Of a stretch of 64,000 bases of DNA, positions 26,801 through 34,608 are shown piece by piece; positions within the stretch are counted from its first letter, which is position 1, and each line of letters starts with the position of its first letter. A model generated the notes under the pieces. It saw nothing but the letters and a program-made list of their open reading frames with translations, made no database searches and had not been told where the DNA came from. Source of the stretch: Oscillospiraceae bacterium (GTDB taxonomy: Bacteria > Bacillota > Clostridia > Oscillospirales > CAG-272); assembly GCA_015063545.1 (NCBI GenBank), contig SVTX01000001.1:1842-65841 (forward strand). Direction: 5' to 3'. The position numbers were made by a program, and so were the translations under genes.

Positions 26801-27520
26801 GTTGTTGACGCAGCTAAGGCGCCCACATGTACAGAGACAGGTCTTACAGAAGGAAAGCACTGTTCAGTATGTGAAGAAGTTATCGTAGCGCAGAACGTAG
26901 TTGACGCTCTTGGTCATACAGAGGAAGAGATCCCTGCGGTAGAGGCTACTTGTACAGAGGTGGGATGGAACACATACGTAATGTGCACAGTATGTGATTA
27001 CACTACATATGAAGAGATTCCCGCGCTTGGACATGACACGGAAGTTATTGCGGCAATAGATGCAACGTGTACTCAAAGCGGAACTACCGCCGGCGAAAAA
27101 TGTAAGGTTTGCGGCGACGTTATTGTTCCTACAACAGAGATTTCTGCGACAGGACACACTGAAGAGAAGATACCTGCGATCGCAGCTACATGTACCGATA
27201 GTGGAGGTACAGAAGGGAAGAAGTGTTCTGTTTGTGGCGAAATAACAGTAGTTCAAACGGAGATCGCTCCTCTTGGACACAAATTTGACAGTGATACAGA
27301 TGAGGAATGTAATACTTGTGGATATAAGCGCGAGATAACCACAGAAGCTCCTACGGACGGTTCTGCAGAGACTCCCACATCCAATAATCAAAATGGCTCT
27401 GATAACGCACAGTCAACAGACGAAGGCAATGGCGGTTGCGGATCATCGGTCGGAATTGGACTTATTGGCCTTACAACTGCTATGGCAGCAGGATATGTAT
27501 TCTCTAAGAAGAGAAGATAA
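23801..27520 (+). CDS. 1239-aa surface protein: signal peptide, phosphodiester-glycosidase (NAGPA/DUF2233)-like domain, two beta-sandwich-like repeats, about 10 His/Cys3 repeats, and a GCGS-TM-KKRR tail
   Basis: AAGGAG RBS. Signal [35 protein letters not shown] and [10 protein letters not shown] are reminiscent of NAGPA-type domains. Repeats are of the form [42 protein letters not shown]-terminus is [29 protein letters not shown]. Confidence 0.8.
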   Translation: MKKILSASIVVIMIIALAIGATFAANAVEADYSLTGMGAAVTKPITVNGTDTGVTHTQISVPANSKYNPYTSDSVVNVIEISPSDTNATMAVLNCGNYNWSKTTMGTAANKYNATHDGTVIAAVNGDPWLVHHTDYDGDGVASTGPSVKHGSVSRGIVIVDGELYNTRQSAAENYLPAKTSGSGAEYGGTPSGGMVFAVKADGSYMIGTPSLNVSMKNATTGVTLTAPTGINRLPAPNAIMIYNHRVGTESMAYTDAYEIYLKTDDSAFGIGKTVSGTVTAIFESNSEEPRPAIDANTIIISARGNKIEGLQGQFTIGDQIDFGVLVRNDSYLSAQKSEWKNVTQAIGGFFSQVDKGNITGENRDSAYPCPVVGLKQDGTVVVMSVTSQADGLYKGTTMRNVAYICQELGMYTALMFDGGGSTQMITYDDGAYVRRASSADGANSVRGVINGLAVVYKGANIDNVINNESSAAGFYGEITGATTDTFAAVVNNVNGVGPDGTVNTNFAQTLVSNTSFVASAPMPIEIKDTTVSINGWFISNGGQNDEIKFSVDGGQTWVGTCTNINWMDGTSDHVAAANAHGVENASATHAVFTGATADLSLFEGRTVDVTFGRTAPWGDTVAFATITGVKVPGVAKPDVVITAEPTGSYRYYVTVSSINGIATSLTGYRDATSGVTERRVPAITTGISVDENNCILISGMAQVNGGQYAYYWSIDGNNWYEFMGGEYGSATSDFAAEARESIAKVTSTGIEANGAFTNLKVDLTSYAGETVDIYFAVTSKSANTSPCHFLTIEDVAVPAPHTCTPGADATCTTDQTCTECGEIITPALGHDEITHEAKAATCTEDGCNAYVSCSRCDYTTYEAIPATGHTEVIDAAVAATCTETGLTEGKHCSVCEKVLVAQTIVDALGHTAGNTVVENNVEPDCTNTGSYDTVVYCTLCNVELSRETTTVDALGHTEVIDAAVAPTCTETGLTEGKHCSVCNEIIVAQETVAALGHTEVVDAAKAPTCTETGLTEGKHCSVCEEVIVAQNVVDALGHTEEEIPAVEATCTEVGWNTYVMCTVCDYTTYEEIPALGHDTEVIAAIDATCTQSGTTAGEKCKVCGDVIVPTTEISATGHTEEKIPAIAATCTDSGGTEGKKCSVCGEITVVQTEIAPLGHKFDSDTDEECNTCGYKREITTEAPTDGSAETPTSNNQNGSDNAQSTDEGNGGCGSSVGIGLIGLTTAMAAGYVFSKKRR
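26200..27310 (+). repeat. in-frame tandem coding repeats (about 10 units of 117-135 bp) encoding His/Cys3 modules
   Basis: Units start at each GH(T/D). Three units (about 26400-26520, 26660-26780, 26780-26900) are near-identical at the DNA level. Confidence 0.8.
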
Positions 27521-27539
27521 AAAAACAGAAAAAAGTTTT

Positions 27540-27567
27540 AGCGGTGTGTTCTTTTGAACACACCGCT
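27540..27567 (+). terminator. hairpin after the 1239-aa gene
   Basis: agcggtgtgttc tttt gaacacaccgct followed by ttg. Confidence 0.5.
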
Positions 27568-27573
27568 TTGTAC

Positions 27574-27612
27574 AAAAAAGCGAGGACACCGAAGTGTCCT
27601 CGCAATTTTTTA
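27574..27612. terminator. bidirectional terminator between the convergent Cys-repeat genes
   Basis: aaaaaa gcgaggacac cgaa gtgtcctcgc aatttttta. Confidence 0.65.
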
Positions 27613-27640
27613 TTGTTTTATAAAGTTGACTAAGTTAAAA

Positions 27641-30600
27641 TCAGTCTTCCTTCTTCTTAAAGCATACTGCTCCTGCAAGTGTGATGCTTCCGAGAATTGC
27701 AAGTGCGCTGAATCCAACAACGGATCCACAACCCTTCTTTTCTTCCTTCTTGCCGTCGTCTGCAGGCTTGTCGTTTCCGGAATTGCCGGAATTATTGCTG
27801 TTGTTATTGTTGCTTTCTTCCTTAGTTTCGCCACATACTGTGCACTTGTTGTTTTCAAACTTATGACCTGTTGCGGGAGCAACCTCGCCGTTACATACTG
27901 TACATACCTGTGCTGTTGTACATGTTGCCTCTGCACCGGGTGTGTGCTCAAGAGCTGCTACAAGCTCTGCGTTACATACTGTACATGTCTGAGCTGCTGC
28001 ACATGTTGCCTCTTCACCGGGTGTATGGCCGAGAGCTGCTACGAGTTCTGCGTTACATACTGTACATGTCTGAGCTGTTGTACATGTTGCCTCTATACCT
28101 GCTGTGTGACCTGTTGCTGCTGCGAGTTCTGCGTTACATACTGTACATGTCTGTGCAGTTGTGCATGTTGCCGCTGCACCGGGCTTGTGACCGTAAGATT
28201 CCACAAGAACGGTCTCACATACTGTACATACCTGAGCTGTTGTACATGTTGGCGCTTCACCGGGTGTGTGACCCGTTGCGCCTGCAATCTCTGCATTACA
28301 TACTGTACATACCTGTGCTGTTGTGCATGTTGCCTCTTCGCCGGGTGTGTGACCCTTTGCTGCTTCTATAACAATTTCACATACTGTACATGTCTGAGCT
28401 GTTGTACATGTCGCTTCTGCACCGGGGGTATGAGGAAGCTTTTCAATAGCTTCTGTTGCAATTGTTGTTCCACAGTCGTTACATGTCTGTACCTTTCTAC
28501 CTGCAGCAGAACATGTGGGATCAACTGTCTGTGTCCATGTCGTTTCAGCGTGGTCACAACCGTATCCGCAAGCACATACCGCGCCGCTTGTGAGGTCGTG
28601 AGCTACCTTTTCTGTTGTTGCATCACAGTCTTCGCACTTCTGCCAGTGGCCTTCATCATCGTAATTGTATGCGACGCTCCAGTCGTGAGGAAGAATCTCT
28701 GTTACTGTCTGCTCCTTAACTACTTCGTTACATCTAGCACACTTAGAACCGTCCGAAAGACCTGTTTCGGTACATGTTGCAGCCTTGCCGGGAATAACTA
28801 TTTCGTCGTGTCCAAGCGCGTCAATTACTGTCTGCTCCTTAACTACTTCGTTACATACGGAGCAAGTGCTTCCATCGGAAAGACCTGTTTCGGTACATGT
28901 TGCGGGCTTTCCTGCAACGGATACCTCCGTGTGTCCCTTAGCCGCAACAATTACCTTGCCACATACTGTACATACCTGTGCTGTTGTACATGTTGCCTCT
29001 GCACCGGGTGTACAATCCTGTACGGGAATAACCTCGGGATTTTTGATGATCTTTTCACAGTCGAGACACTTAATGCCCTCCGTAGAACCGATACCCTTGC
29101 AAGAAGCGGGAACTTCGGGAATAGTTTCTGTGTTTTCATGTGCGCAACCGGGGGCAACGTTCTCTACATAGGCTGCAGCGAAATCTTCAGCTGCGATATC
29201 GTCCTTGAAGAATCCTGCGTAGCAGAAATCAAAGTGGTTCTGACCGTCGTTTACGAGAATGAGGTTATTGAATACGAGCTGAACACTGTTGATTCTTCCG
29301 TTCCAGTCGGGAGTGAAATCGGGATCATCCATATAGAAGATGAAGAGCTTGTAATGATGTCCGTCGTCACCAATCCATGACGCTGTCATAGATTCATTGC
29401 TATAAAAGTGTTCATCGTCAGCTCCGAGGATGCTTCCTGCACAGTAGTACATGCTGAGTGTTTCTTCTTCGTAGCATTCATTTTCACCGGGAGCAAATAC
29501 GCAGCTGCAATAGTCTCTGAGGAGGACTGCTACGTACGGGAAGTCCGCTGCCTCGTAAGAAATTGCGTTTTTGGGTAATATTGTTATACTTACTGCATTG
29601 GTTGTTTTAGGATAAATCGAGAACGTGTTATCACTGTTCAAGTTGTAATCAAGATTGAGAGTGGAGGGGAGCTTGCCGGCTTTTTTGTAATCATCGTTTG
29701 CATTAGCACCGTCGAAGTAAAGTGCGGGCTGATCGTCTTCAATTGTGGAGGAATCGATCATTTCACCGATAGGCTCAGGAGTACCTGTAGCCTCACCTGC
29801 ATCTGTACCTGTGGGTGTTTCGCCATTGAATTCAATGATGGTGCAACGAGTTGTGCAGTCACTCTTGGAACCGAGAACGGAGAAGCCGATGTATGCCATA
29901 CCGTCAGCGAAACGGTACTTGAAGTACTGGTCAACAACCGCCTGAGTTACAGGAACTCCGCAAATATTCATTCCGTACAGGTTGGTGTTTGCATCATAAG
30001 TAATCTCCATAGTCAAAATGAAATCACCGTTTTCATCCTGCTCGGGAGGATTGTTTGCAAGATCGTTACCGAAGTCGATAAGATTGGACACCATGGGGGC
30101 AGATGCGCTACCAGGCTGAAGAGCTCCGGGAGTGGAGGTGTTGTAGTAAGATTGGTCAGAGATAAATGACTGGCTCTGTGTCCAGGAGATCTTACCTGTA
30201 CGGCTTACTGTGCCACGCAAAAGTCCAAATACACCCTGGCCGAATGTTCCTGATGCATTTCCCTGAGCTACAACGGGGCTGTCCCAAACAGAGAAGCTGA
30301 GCCACCAGTCTCCACCGTAAGCAAAATCGTCCATTCTGACTTTCATGGTTATGCCTTCCTGGAGGTTATGCTTTTCCTTGGACATTATGTTAAAGCGCTG
30401 TCCTGCGGGGGCCTTGAATTCTGCTGAAGCAAAAAATCCGTCCTCGTTGTATCCGTATCCGGGAACGATAGCGTTTTCAGGGACTATGGAATAGTCGAGA
30501 TTTCCGTCCTCATCCCTGTACATTCCTGCGTCGGAATAAACTTTCCAGTCGCCGCCGTTTTCTGTTGATGTGCTTATTACTTCATCGTCAGCAGCTGCGG

Positions 30601-30673
30601 GAGTAACTGCGATGGCAATAAGTGCTGAAAGGATCATTACAGCAACAAGTGCTGTACAAAGAAATCTTTTCAT
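27641..30673 (-). CDS. 1010-aa surface protein: signal peptide, lectin-like domain, unknown domain, mixed His/Cys repeats including 7 tandem 29-aa units, and a GCGS-TM-KKKED tail
   Basis: Start moved to ATG 30673 (AAGGAG RBS; MKRFLCTALVAVMILSALIAIAVTPAAA), because the predicted -10 lies at 30733-30738. MAYIGFSVLGS is legume-lectin-like. C-terminus is KKGCGSVVGFSALAILGSITLAGAVCFKKKED. Confidence 0.8.
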   Translation of the reverse strand: MKRFLCTALVAVMILSALIAIAVTPAAADDEVISTSTENGGDWKVYSDAGMYRDEDGNLDYSIVPENAIVPGYGYNEDGFFASAEFKAPAGQRFNIMSKEKHNLQEGITMKVRMDDFAYGGDWWLSFSVWDSPVVAQGNASGTFGQGVFGLLRGTVSRTGKISWTQSQSFISDQSYYNTSTPGALQPGSASAPMVSNLIDFGNDLANNPPEQDENGDFILTMEITYDANTNLYGMNICGVPVTQAVVDQYFKYRFADGMAYIGFSVLGSKSDCTTRCTIIEFNGETPTGTDAGEATGTPEPIGEMIDSSTIEDDQPALYFDGANANDDYKKAGKLPSTLNLDYNLNSDNTFSIYPKTTNAVSITILPKNAISYEAADFPYVAVLLRDYCSCVFAPGENECYEEETLSMYYCAGSILGADDEHFYSNESMTASWIGDDGHHYKLFIFYMDDPDFTPDWNGRINSVQLVFNNLILVNDGQNHFDFCYAGFFKDDIAAEDFAAAYVENVAPGCAHENTETIPEVPASCKGIGSTEGIKCLDCEKIIKNPEVIPVQDCTPGAEATCTTAQVCTVCGKVIVAAKGHTEVSVAGKPATCTETGLSDGSTCSVCNEVVKEQTVIDALGHDEIVIPGKAATCTETGLSDGSKCARCNEVVKEQTVTEILPHDWSVAYNYDDEGHWQKCEDCDATTEKVAHDLTSGAVCACGYGCDHAETTWTQTVDPTCSAAGRKVQTCNDCGTTIATEAIEKLPHTPGAEATCTTAQTCTVCEIVIEAAKGHTPGEEATCTTAQVCTVCNAEIAGATGHTPGEAPTCTTAQVCTVCETVLVESYGHKPGAAATCTTAQTCTVCNAELAAATGHTAGIEATCTTAQTCTVCNAELVAALGHTPGEEATCAAAQTCTVCNAELVAALEHTPGAEATCTTAQVCTVCNGEVAPATGHKFENNKCTVCGETKEESNNNNSNNSGNSGNDKPADDGKKEEKKGCGSVVGFSALAILGSITLAGAVCFKKKED
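27863..28471 (-). repeat. seven tandem 87-bp in-frame repeats encoding GHTPG-x-EATCTTAQ-x-CTVC-x8
   Basis: Protein reads HTPGAEATCTTAQTCTVCEIVIEAAKG / HTPGEEATCTTAQVCTVCNAEIAGATG / ... seven times. The periodicity is obvious in the DNA (gttacatactgtacat recurs). Confidence 0.85.
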
Positions 30674-30732
30674 GTTTTTCTCCTTATAAATAGTTTTTTT
30701 GGCGCGTTGTGCGTTCGGCGCCAATCATGTAT

Positions 30733-30761
30733 ATTATAGCATATAAGGTAACTTATGTCAA
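30733..30761 (-). promoter_or_regulatory. consensus sigma-A promoter for the 1010-aa gene
   Basis: Minus strand: TTGACA, 17 nt, then TATAAT with TGn (tgctataat). Confidence 0.6.
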
Positions 30762-30771
30762 CATTAAAATT

Positions 30772-30824
30772 GTAAAAAAAGACCAAAAAACAGATTTAAC
30801 AGTACGAAATCTGCTTTTGGTCTT
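30772..30824 (-). terminator. rho-independent terminator after addA
   Basis: Long hairpin gaccaaaa..cagattt / aaatctg..ttttggtc, followed on the minus strand by a T7 run. Confidence 0.65.
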
Positions 30825-30831
30825 TGAAGGT

Positions 30832-33800
30832 TTATACTTCCAAAGCTTCTCCCAAGGGGAGTGAAAGTATGTATGTTTTTTGGGGCTTTTTTCCGAATAT
30901 CTTTTCTATAGCCAATGAGTATTCGTTAAGCTGTGATTTGTGCATGCATCGAAGTCTTTTGCGCAGAAGCTCGGGATCTTGTTTTTCTTCGGGATATATT
31001 CTGTCGGTCTTATAATCGCAAAGATATATCGAGCCGTCGCTGTTTTCGATAAGCAGGTCGATAGAACCCTGGACGTAAACGGTGGTATCTTTTATGATAT
31101 CGGATAGTTGCTTGTTTTGCGTAAATTCCGATGCAGGCTTGGAAATTCCGAATTTGAACTCTCTGCGCACGTTCTGAGCGTTGAGAATGATTCCGAATAT
31201 ATTGCTTTTCAAAAAGCCCTCAAGCTGTCTTTTGTCAAGAATATCTGCCGTTGAGTGTGAAATAAAGCCCCGATCAAGCAATCTTGAAATTTCGCTGTCT
31301 ACTCCGTTTTCTTTCATGTTTTTGTAATCGCAGTACTGCAGGAAAAGATGCATTGCTACGCCTTTGTCTGCCGCGGTTATCTTTTTCGTTATATGTTCAA
31401 AATACGTAATATCTGTGGGCCGCGAGCGCATGAGCTCTATTCTGTTTTTCAAATTCTTCGACAACTCATCATCCAATGTATCAAAGGCCGTGTTGCTGTC
31501 GGTTTCCTGTGAAAAAAACGCGCGTGTGAAGCCTGCAAGGCTTTCATCGAGCATAGATGGAGATGCCTTTGATGCCGCTATGTTTGAAGGAATGGCGGAA
31601 AGTATCATTTCATCAGGGCTTCCTGAAGGCGGGGTGAGAATCAGCTCGGAGTAATTTGAGTGCGCGCTGTTTTCGGGACAGGAACCGCTGACGTCCTCAC
31701 TGTAAATGGGCTGAGCGAGAGGTGTATTGTTGAATACGGAATGAAGTGTTACGGTATAAGTTGACTTGTCGTGTTCTGTGAAAAGTCCACCCACGATCCA
31801 ACCAAGAAGGGAAGGCTGAGATGCAGTGGAGACGTCGGAAATACCGTACAGACGGAATTTATCAAAGAAAGTTTCAAATTTAGATTTTCCACCGACAGTA
31901 CCGAAAATATACAGCCTTTCTTCCGCGCGCGTCATGGCGACGTACAGAATACGCATCTCCTCCTCTTTAGCCTTGCTTGAAAGATCTGCTGCCAAGACTC
32001 TGTGAATGATGCAGTCGTTTTTCAGAATGTTTATGTTGTCCTCAACTCTTGAGGGCATGTGCATTCCCACGCAAAATTCTTTGTCATAAAGAAGAGATTT
32101 TTGATATTCCTTTACGTTGAATTCTCCGCCAAAGCCATAAAGAATGCAAGTGTTATACTGAAGGCCCTTGGAGTAATGTACGGTTATTATGTTCACCGCG
32201 TTTTGAATAGGCTGTACCTCTCCGCTGACATTCGAATGTTCTGCAATATCGGCAAAATATGAGTTGAAGCCTGACAACCCGTTCCAAAAGCTCTTGGTGT
32301 ATTTGCATGCGTAATCGTACATGAATCTGAAGGCATCGCCTTCTGTGAAGCTGCCGAAAACATCGTCTGCAGTAAGAAACTTGAGAAATTTATCTACTGA
32401 AAGCTTTACTGACATTGATCTCAGATAGCACAGTTTTTTGACGATTTCACGGCATTTTGCGCTCAGCAGAGTATCAAGCGGATCACCTATACCGCTTTCT
32501 CCGTATTGACAAATCGCGTCATAAAGCGACAGACTTTTATCGGCATGTTTCCTAACGGTAACCGTCTCTCCGATTGAAAATCTCAAATGTTCGGGCAGAA
32601 GTTCGCACGACAGGACACTGCACAAGGGAATGTCATTTCTGGGATTATCGATTATAGTGCACAGCTCTCTCAAAAGCACCATTTCGCGGCTTTGCAGAAG
32701 CTCGCTTTTTGATGCTACAAGGTATTCTATGCCAAGTGCGCGTAACGCGGAAGTTATTTCGGGTATGGCATCCTTTTTTCTTACAAGAATGGCAATATCC
32801 GAGGGGGCTATGGGCGCGCCGTTGCTTTTTTTGCCGTTTTGAATAAGCTCGGCTATGGTGTTGGCGGCAACTACTGCTTCTTCGCATAACCCGCTGCCGT
32901 TTTGTGAATCGTCCGCTTTAAGATAATCTTTGGCGGTATCCGTGACAAAAGCATGGGGGAGATTTTGCTTTGCGGTCCATGGGTCTCCCTTGGCGAAAAT
33001 GTTTACGGACACCTTGGGACAGGTATATTCCTCGTGACATTTTTTGGTAAATACCAGATCATCCTCGTCCTTATATCCTATGCTGTTTTTGCAGGACTTG
33101 AACATGGGGGAGCATATCGTATTTGAAAATTTTATGACATTTTCATCACTTCGGAAATTGTTGGACATGAATATGGTAAAGCCTTGCGGATTTTTCTCAT
33201 ATTCCTTTCCGTATGGAGTGTATGTGCTTCTGTAATTGGAGAAGAATGTTGGCTCTGCATCACGGAATCCGTAAATGCTCTGCTTAATATCTCCCACCAT
33301 AAATCTGTTGTTTTTACCGATAAGCTCAAATATCTTGTCCTGTATCTCGTTTACGTCCTGATATTCGTCAATATATATTTCATCGTATGAATCAGAAATA
33401 TTTTTCGCTGCCTCGGTAGGAGTTCCGTCCGAGTTTTGCAAAAGCGCCATCATGTATCTTGGCATATCCGAAAAATCATATATGCCGAGATCTTTTTTTG
33501 TTGACATCAGCTTTTTGTCAAAATCCGACAGCAAAGTATAAAGTACAGACGTGATCTGCGCGGTCTTTATGTAGGAGTCGGATATATCCTTGGGTGAAAT
33601 ACCAAAATATTTGTCCGTGATGTTTTTGATCTGCTTTTTGATATCGTCACGCGCTGCGCGTAGCATTTCGCTTGTGTGGCTTTTTTGATGTGCCTTGAGA
33701 GTTCCGATTTTTTGAGAAGGAAATCGGGACAACGCCTCTCCGAGAGCATCATATCCATTTTGTACGGTCTTCTCTATGGAGAGAAGCTCTGATATGTCTG

Positions 33801-34590
33801 CCTCAAATGTAGGAAGATATTTTTCGCGGAGCAGGTCATCCTCGTTCATAACGTCTCTATGGTGTTCAACAAACGAAACTGCACCGGCAATGGTCTTCTT
33901 TAGCTCGTTTATCACGAAAAGCCCTTCCTTGGTCTCCAAAAAATCTTTCTCTGAATCCGCGCTCAGACGTTGCGAAAAATCCGAGAGCAGATCGACGCCT
34001 TTTGGGGTGGTTATGAGCTTTCCGTGGAGCCTCAGAAGATAAGGAATAGTATCCGATGAGTCCTTTACCGTGGTAGTAAGCAGGGCAAAAAGCTCGGTAA
34101 GAGGGGAATTATCATCTATATCGGAGAGCTTGCCACTGCGGCATATTCCGTATTTTTCGTACAGAGAGTCCATGACCTCTGCCATTATATTATGGGAAAG
34201 CGCGGTTACTTCCGCTTCGTCAGCAATACGCATGGAAACGGGGAGACCGAGCTTTTCAAAATTTTCGCGAACGGGGCGTGACAAAAATGAATCTATTGTA
34301 CAAATGTCTGCGCCGCCGAGCTTTAAAAGTTGATTCTGAAGGTGAGTATTGTCGGGATTTTGCGCTATTGCGTCCATGAGTGCCGAGGATATTCTGCTTT
34401 TAAGCTCGCCTGCCGCGGCGCGTGTAAAGGTGACTACCAAAATGCGGGATATATCTGCATTTTTTTCGAGAATGTTTTTTATTATTCTTTGTGTCAGGGT
34501 GTAAGTTTTACCTGAACCTGCCGCTGCGCTGACAAGCACATTGTTTCCGCTTATTTCAAGCGCCTGCTGTTGTGCGGGTGTAAATGCCAT
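30832..34590 (-). CDS. addA: ATP-dependent helicase/nuclease subunit A
   Basis: UvrD-like N-terminus (VSAAAGSGKTYTL) and a C-terminal RecB-type nuclease (GSIDLL...CDYKTD). 1252 aa. Confidence 0.9.
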   Translation of the reverse strand: MAFTPAQQQALEISGNNVLVSAAAGSGKTYTLTQRIIKNILEKNADISRILVVTFTRAAAGELKSRISSALMDAIAQNPDNTHLQNQLLKLGGADICTIDSFLSRPVRENFEKLGLPVSMRIADEAEVTALSHNIMAEVMDSLYEKYGICRSGKLSDIDDNSPLTELFALLTTTVKDSSDTIPYLLRLHGKLITTPKGVDLLSDFSQRLSADSEKDFLETKEGLFVINELKKTIAGAVSFVEHHRDVMNEDDLLREKYLPTFEADISELLSIEKTVQNGYDALGEALSRFPSQKIGTLKAHQKSHTSEMLRAARDDIKKQIKNITDKYFGISPKDISDSYIKTAQITSVLYTLLSDFDKKLMSTKKDLGIYDFSDMPRYMMALLQNSDGTPTEAAKNISDSYDEIYIDEYQDVNEIQDKIFELIGKNNRFMVGDIKQSIYGFRDAEPTFFSNYRSTYTPYGKEYEKNPQGFTIFMSNNFRSDENVIKFSNTICSPMFKSCKNSIGYKDEDDLVFTKKCHEEYTCPKVSVNIFAKGDPWTAKQNLPHAFVTDTAKDYLKADDSQNGSGLCEEAVVAANTIAELIQNGKKSNGAPIAPSDIAILVRKKDAIPEITSALRALGIEYLVASKSELLQSREMVLLRELCTIIDNPRNDIPLCSVLSCELLPEHLRFSIGETVTVRKHADKSLSLYDAICQYGESGIGDPLDTLLSAKCREIVKKLCYLRSMSVKLSVDKFLKFLTADDVFGSFTEGDAFRFMYDYACKYTKSFWNGLSGFNSYFADIAEHSNVSGEVQPIQNAVNIITVHYSKGLQYNTCILYGFGGEFNVKEYQKSLLYDKEFCVGMHMPSRVEDNINILKNDCIIHRVLAADLSSKAKEEEMRILYVAMTRAEERLYIFGTVGGKSKFETFFDKFRLYGISDVSTASQPSLLGWIVGGLFTEHDKSTYTVTLHSVFNNTPLAQPIYSEDVSGSCPENSAHSNYSELILTPPSGSPDEMILSAIPSNIAASKASPSMLDESLAGFTRAFFSQETDSNTAFDTLDDELSKNLKNRIELMRSRPTDITYFEHITKKITAADKGVAMHLFLQYCDYKNMKENGVDSEISRLLDRGFISHSTADILDKRQLEGFLKSNIFGIILNAQNVRREFKFGISKPASEFTQNKQLSDIIKDTTVYVQGSIDLLIENSDGSIYLCDYKTDRIYPEEKQDPELLRKRLRCMHKSQLNEYSLAIEKIFGKKPQKTYILSLPLGEALEV

Positions 34591-34608
34591 TTTTGCAGTC
34601 TCCTTTCT

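Noticed and set aside
27863-28471. A regular 87-bp repeat array, considered as a possible CRISPR array or non-coding satellite.
   Set aside because: The repeats are contiguous with no unique spacers. They are in frame and encode a conserved His/Cys3 peptide unit inside a long ORF. No cas genes are present in the window.
27554-29380. A 608-aa plus-strand ORF with striking Cys/Thr/Tyr-rich repeats (CTYLCCCTCCLCTGC...). At first sight it looks like a novel Cys-rich protein.
   Set aside because: - It is the antisense shadow of the minus-strand 1010-aa gene.
- That gene uses ACA/GCA/TGT/TGC-rich codons (Thr/Ala/Cys), whose reverse complements are again Cys/Ala/Thr codons and never stops.
- The minus-strand reading has an RBS, a signal peptide, a promoter, a recognisable domain order and a paralogue next door. 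The plus-strand one has none of these.
30674-30724. N-terminal extensions offered by the ORF track. The cases are 30724 for the 1010-aa gene, 37887 for addB, 4306 for the methyltransferase, 7271 for the CBS protein, 10493 for the ABC ATPase, 16408 for glgP, and 45772, 47960, 48299, 49190, 54790, 57219 and 60956 for others.
   Set aside because: In each case an internal start has a proper Shine-Dalgarno sequence and gives a canonical N-terminus. The extension overlaps an upstream gene, promoter or terminator.
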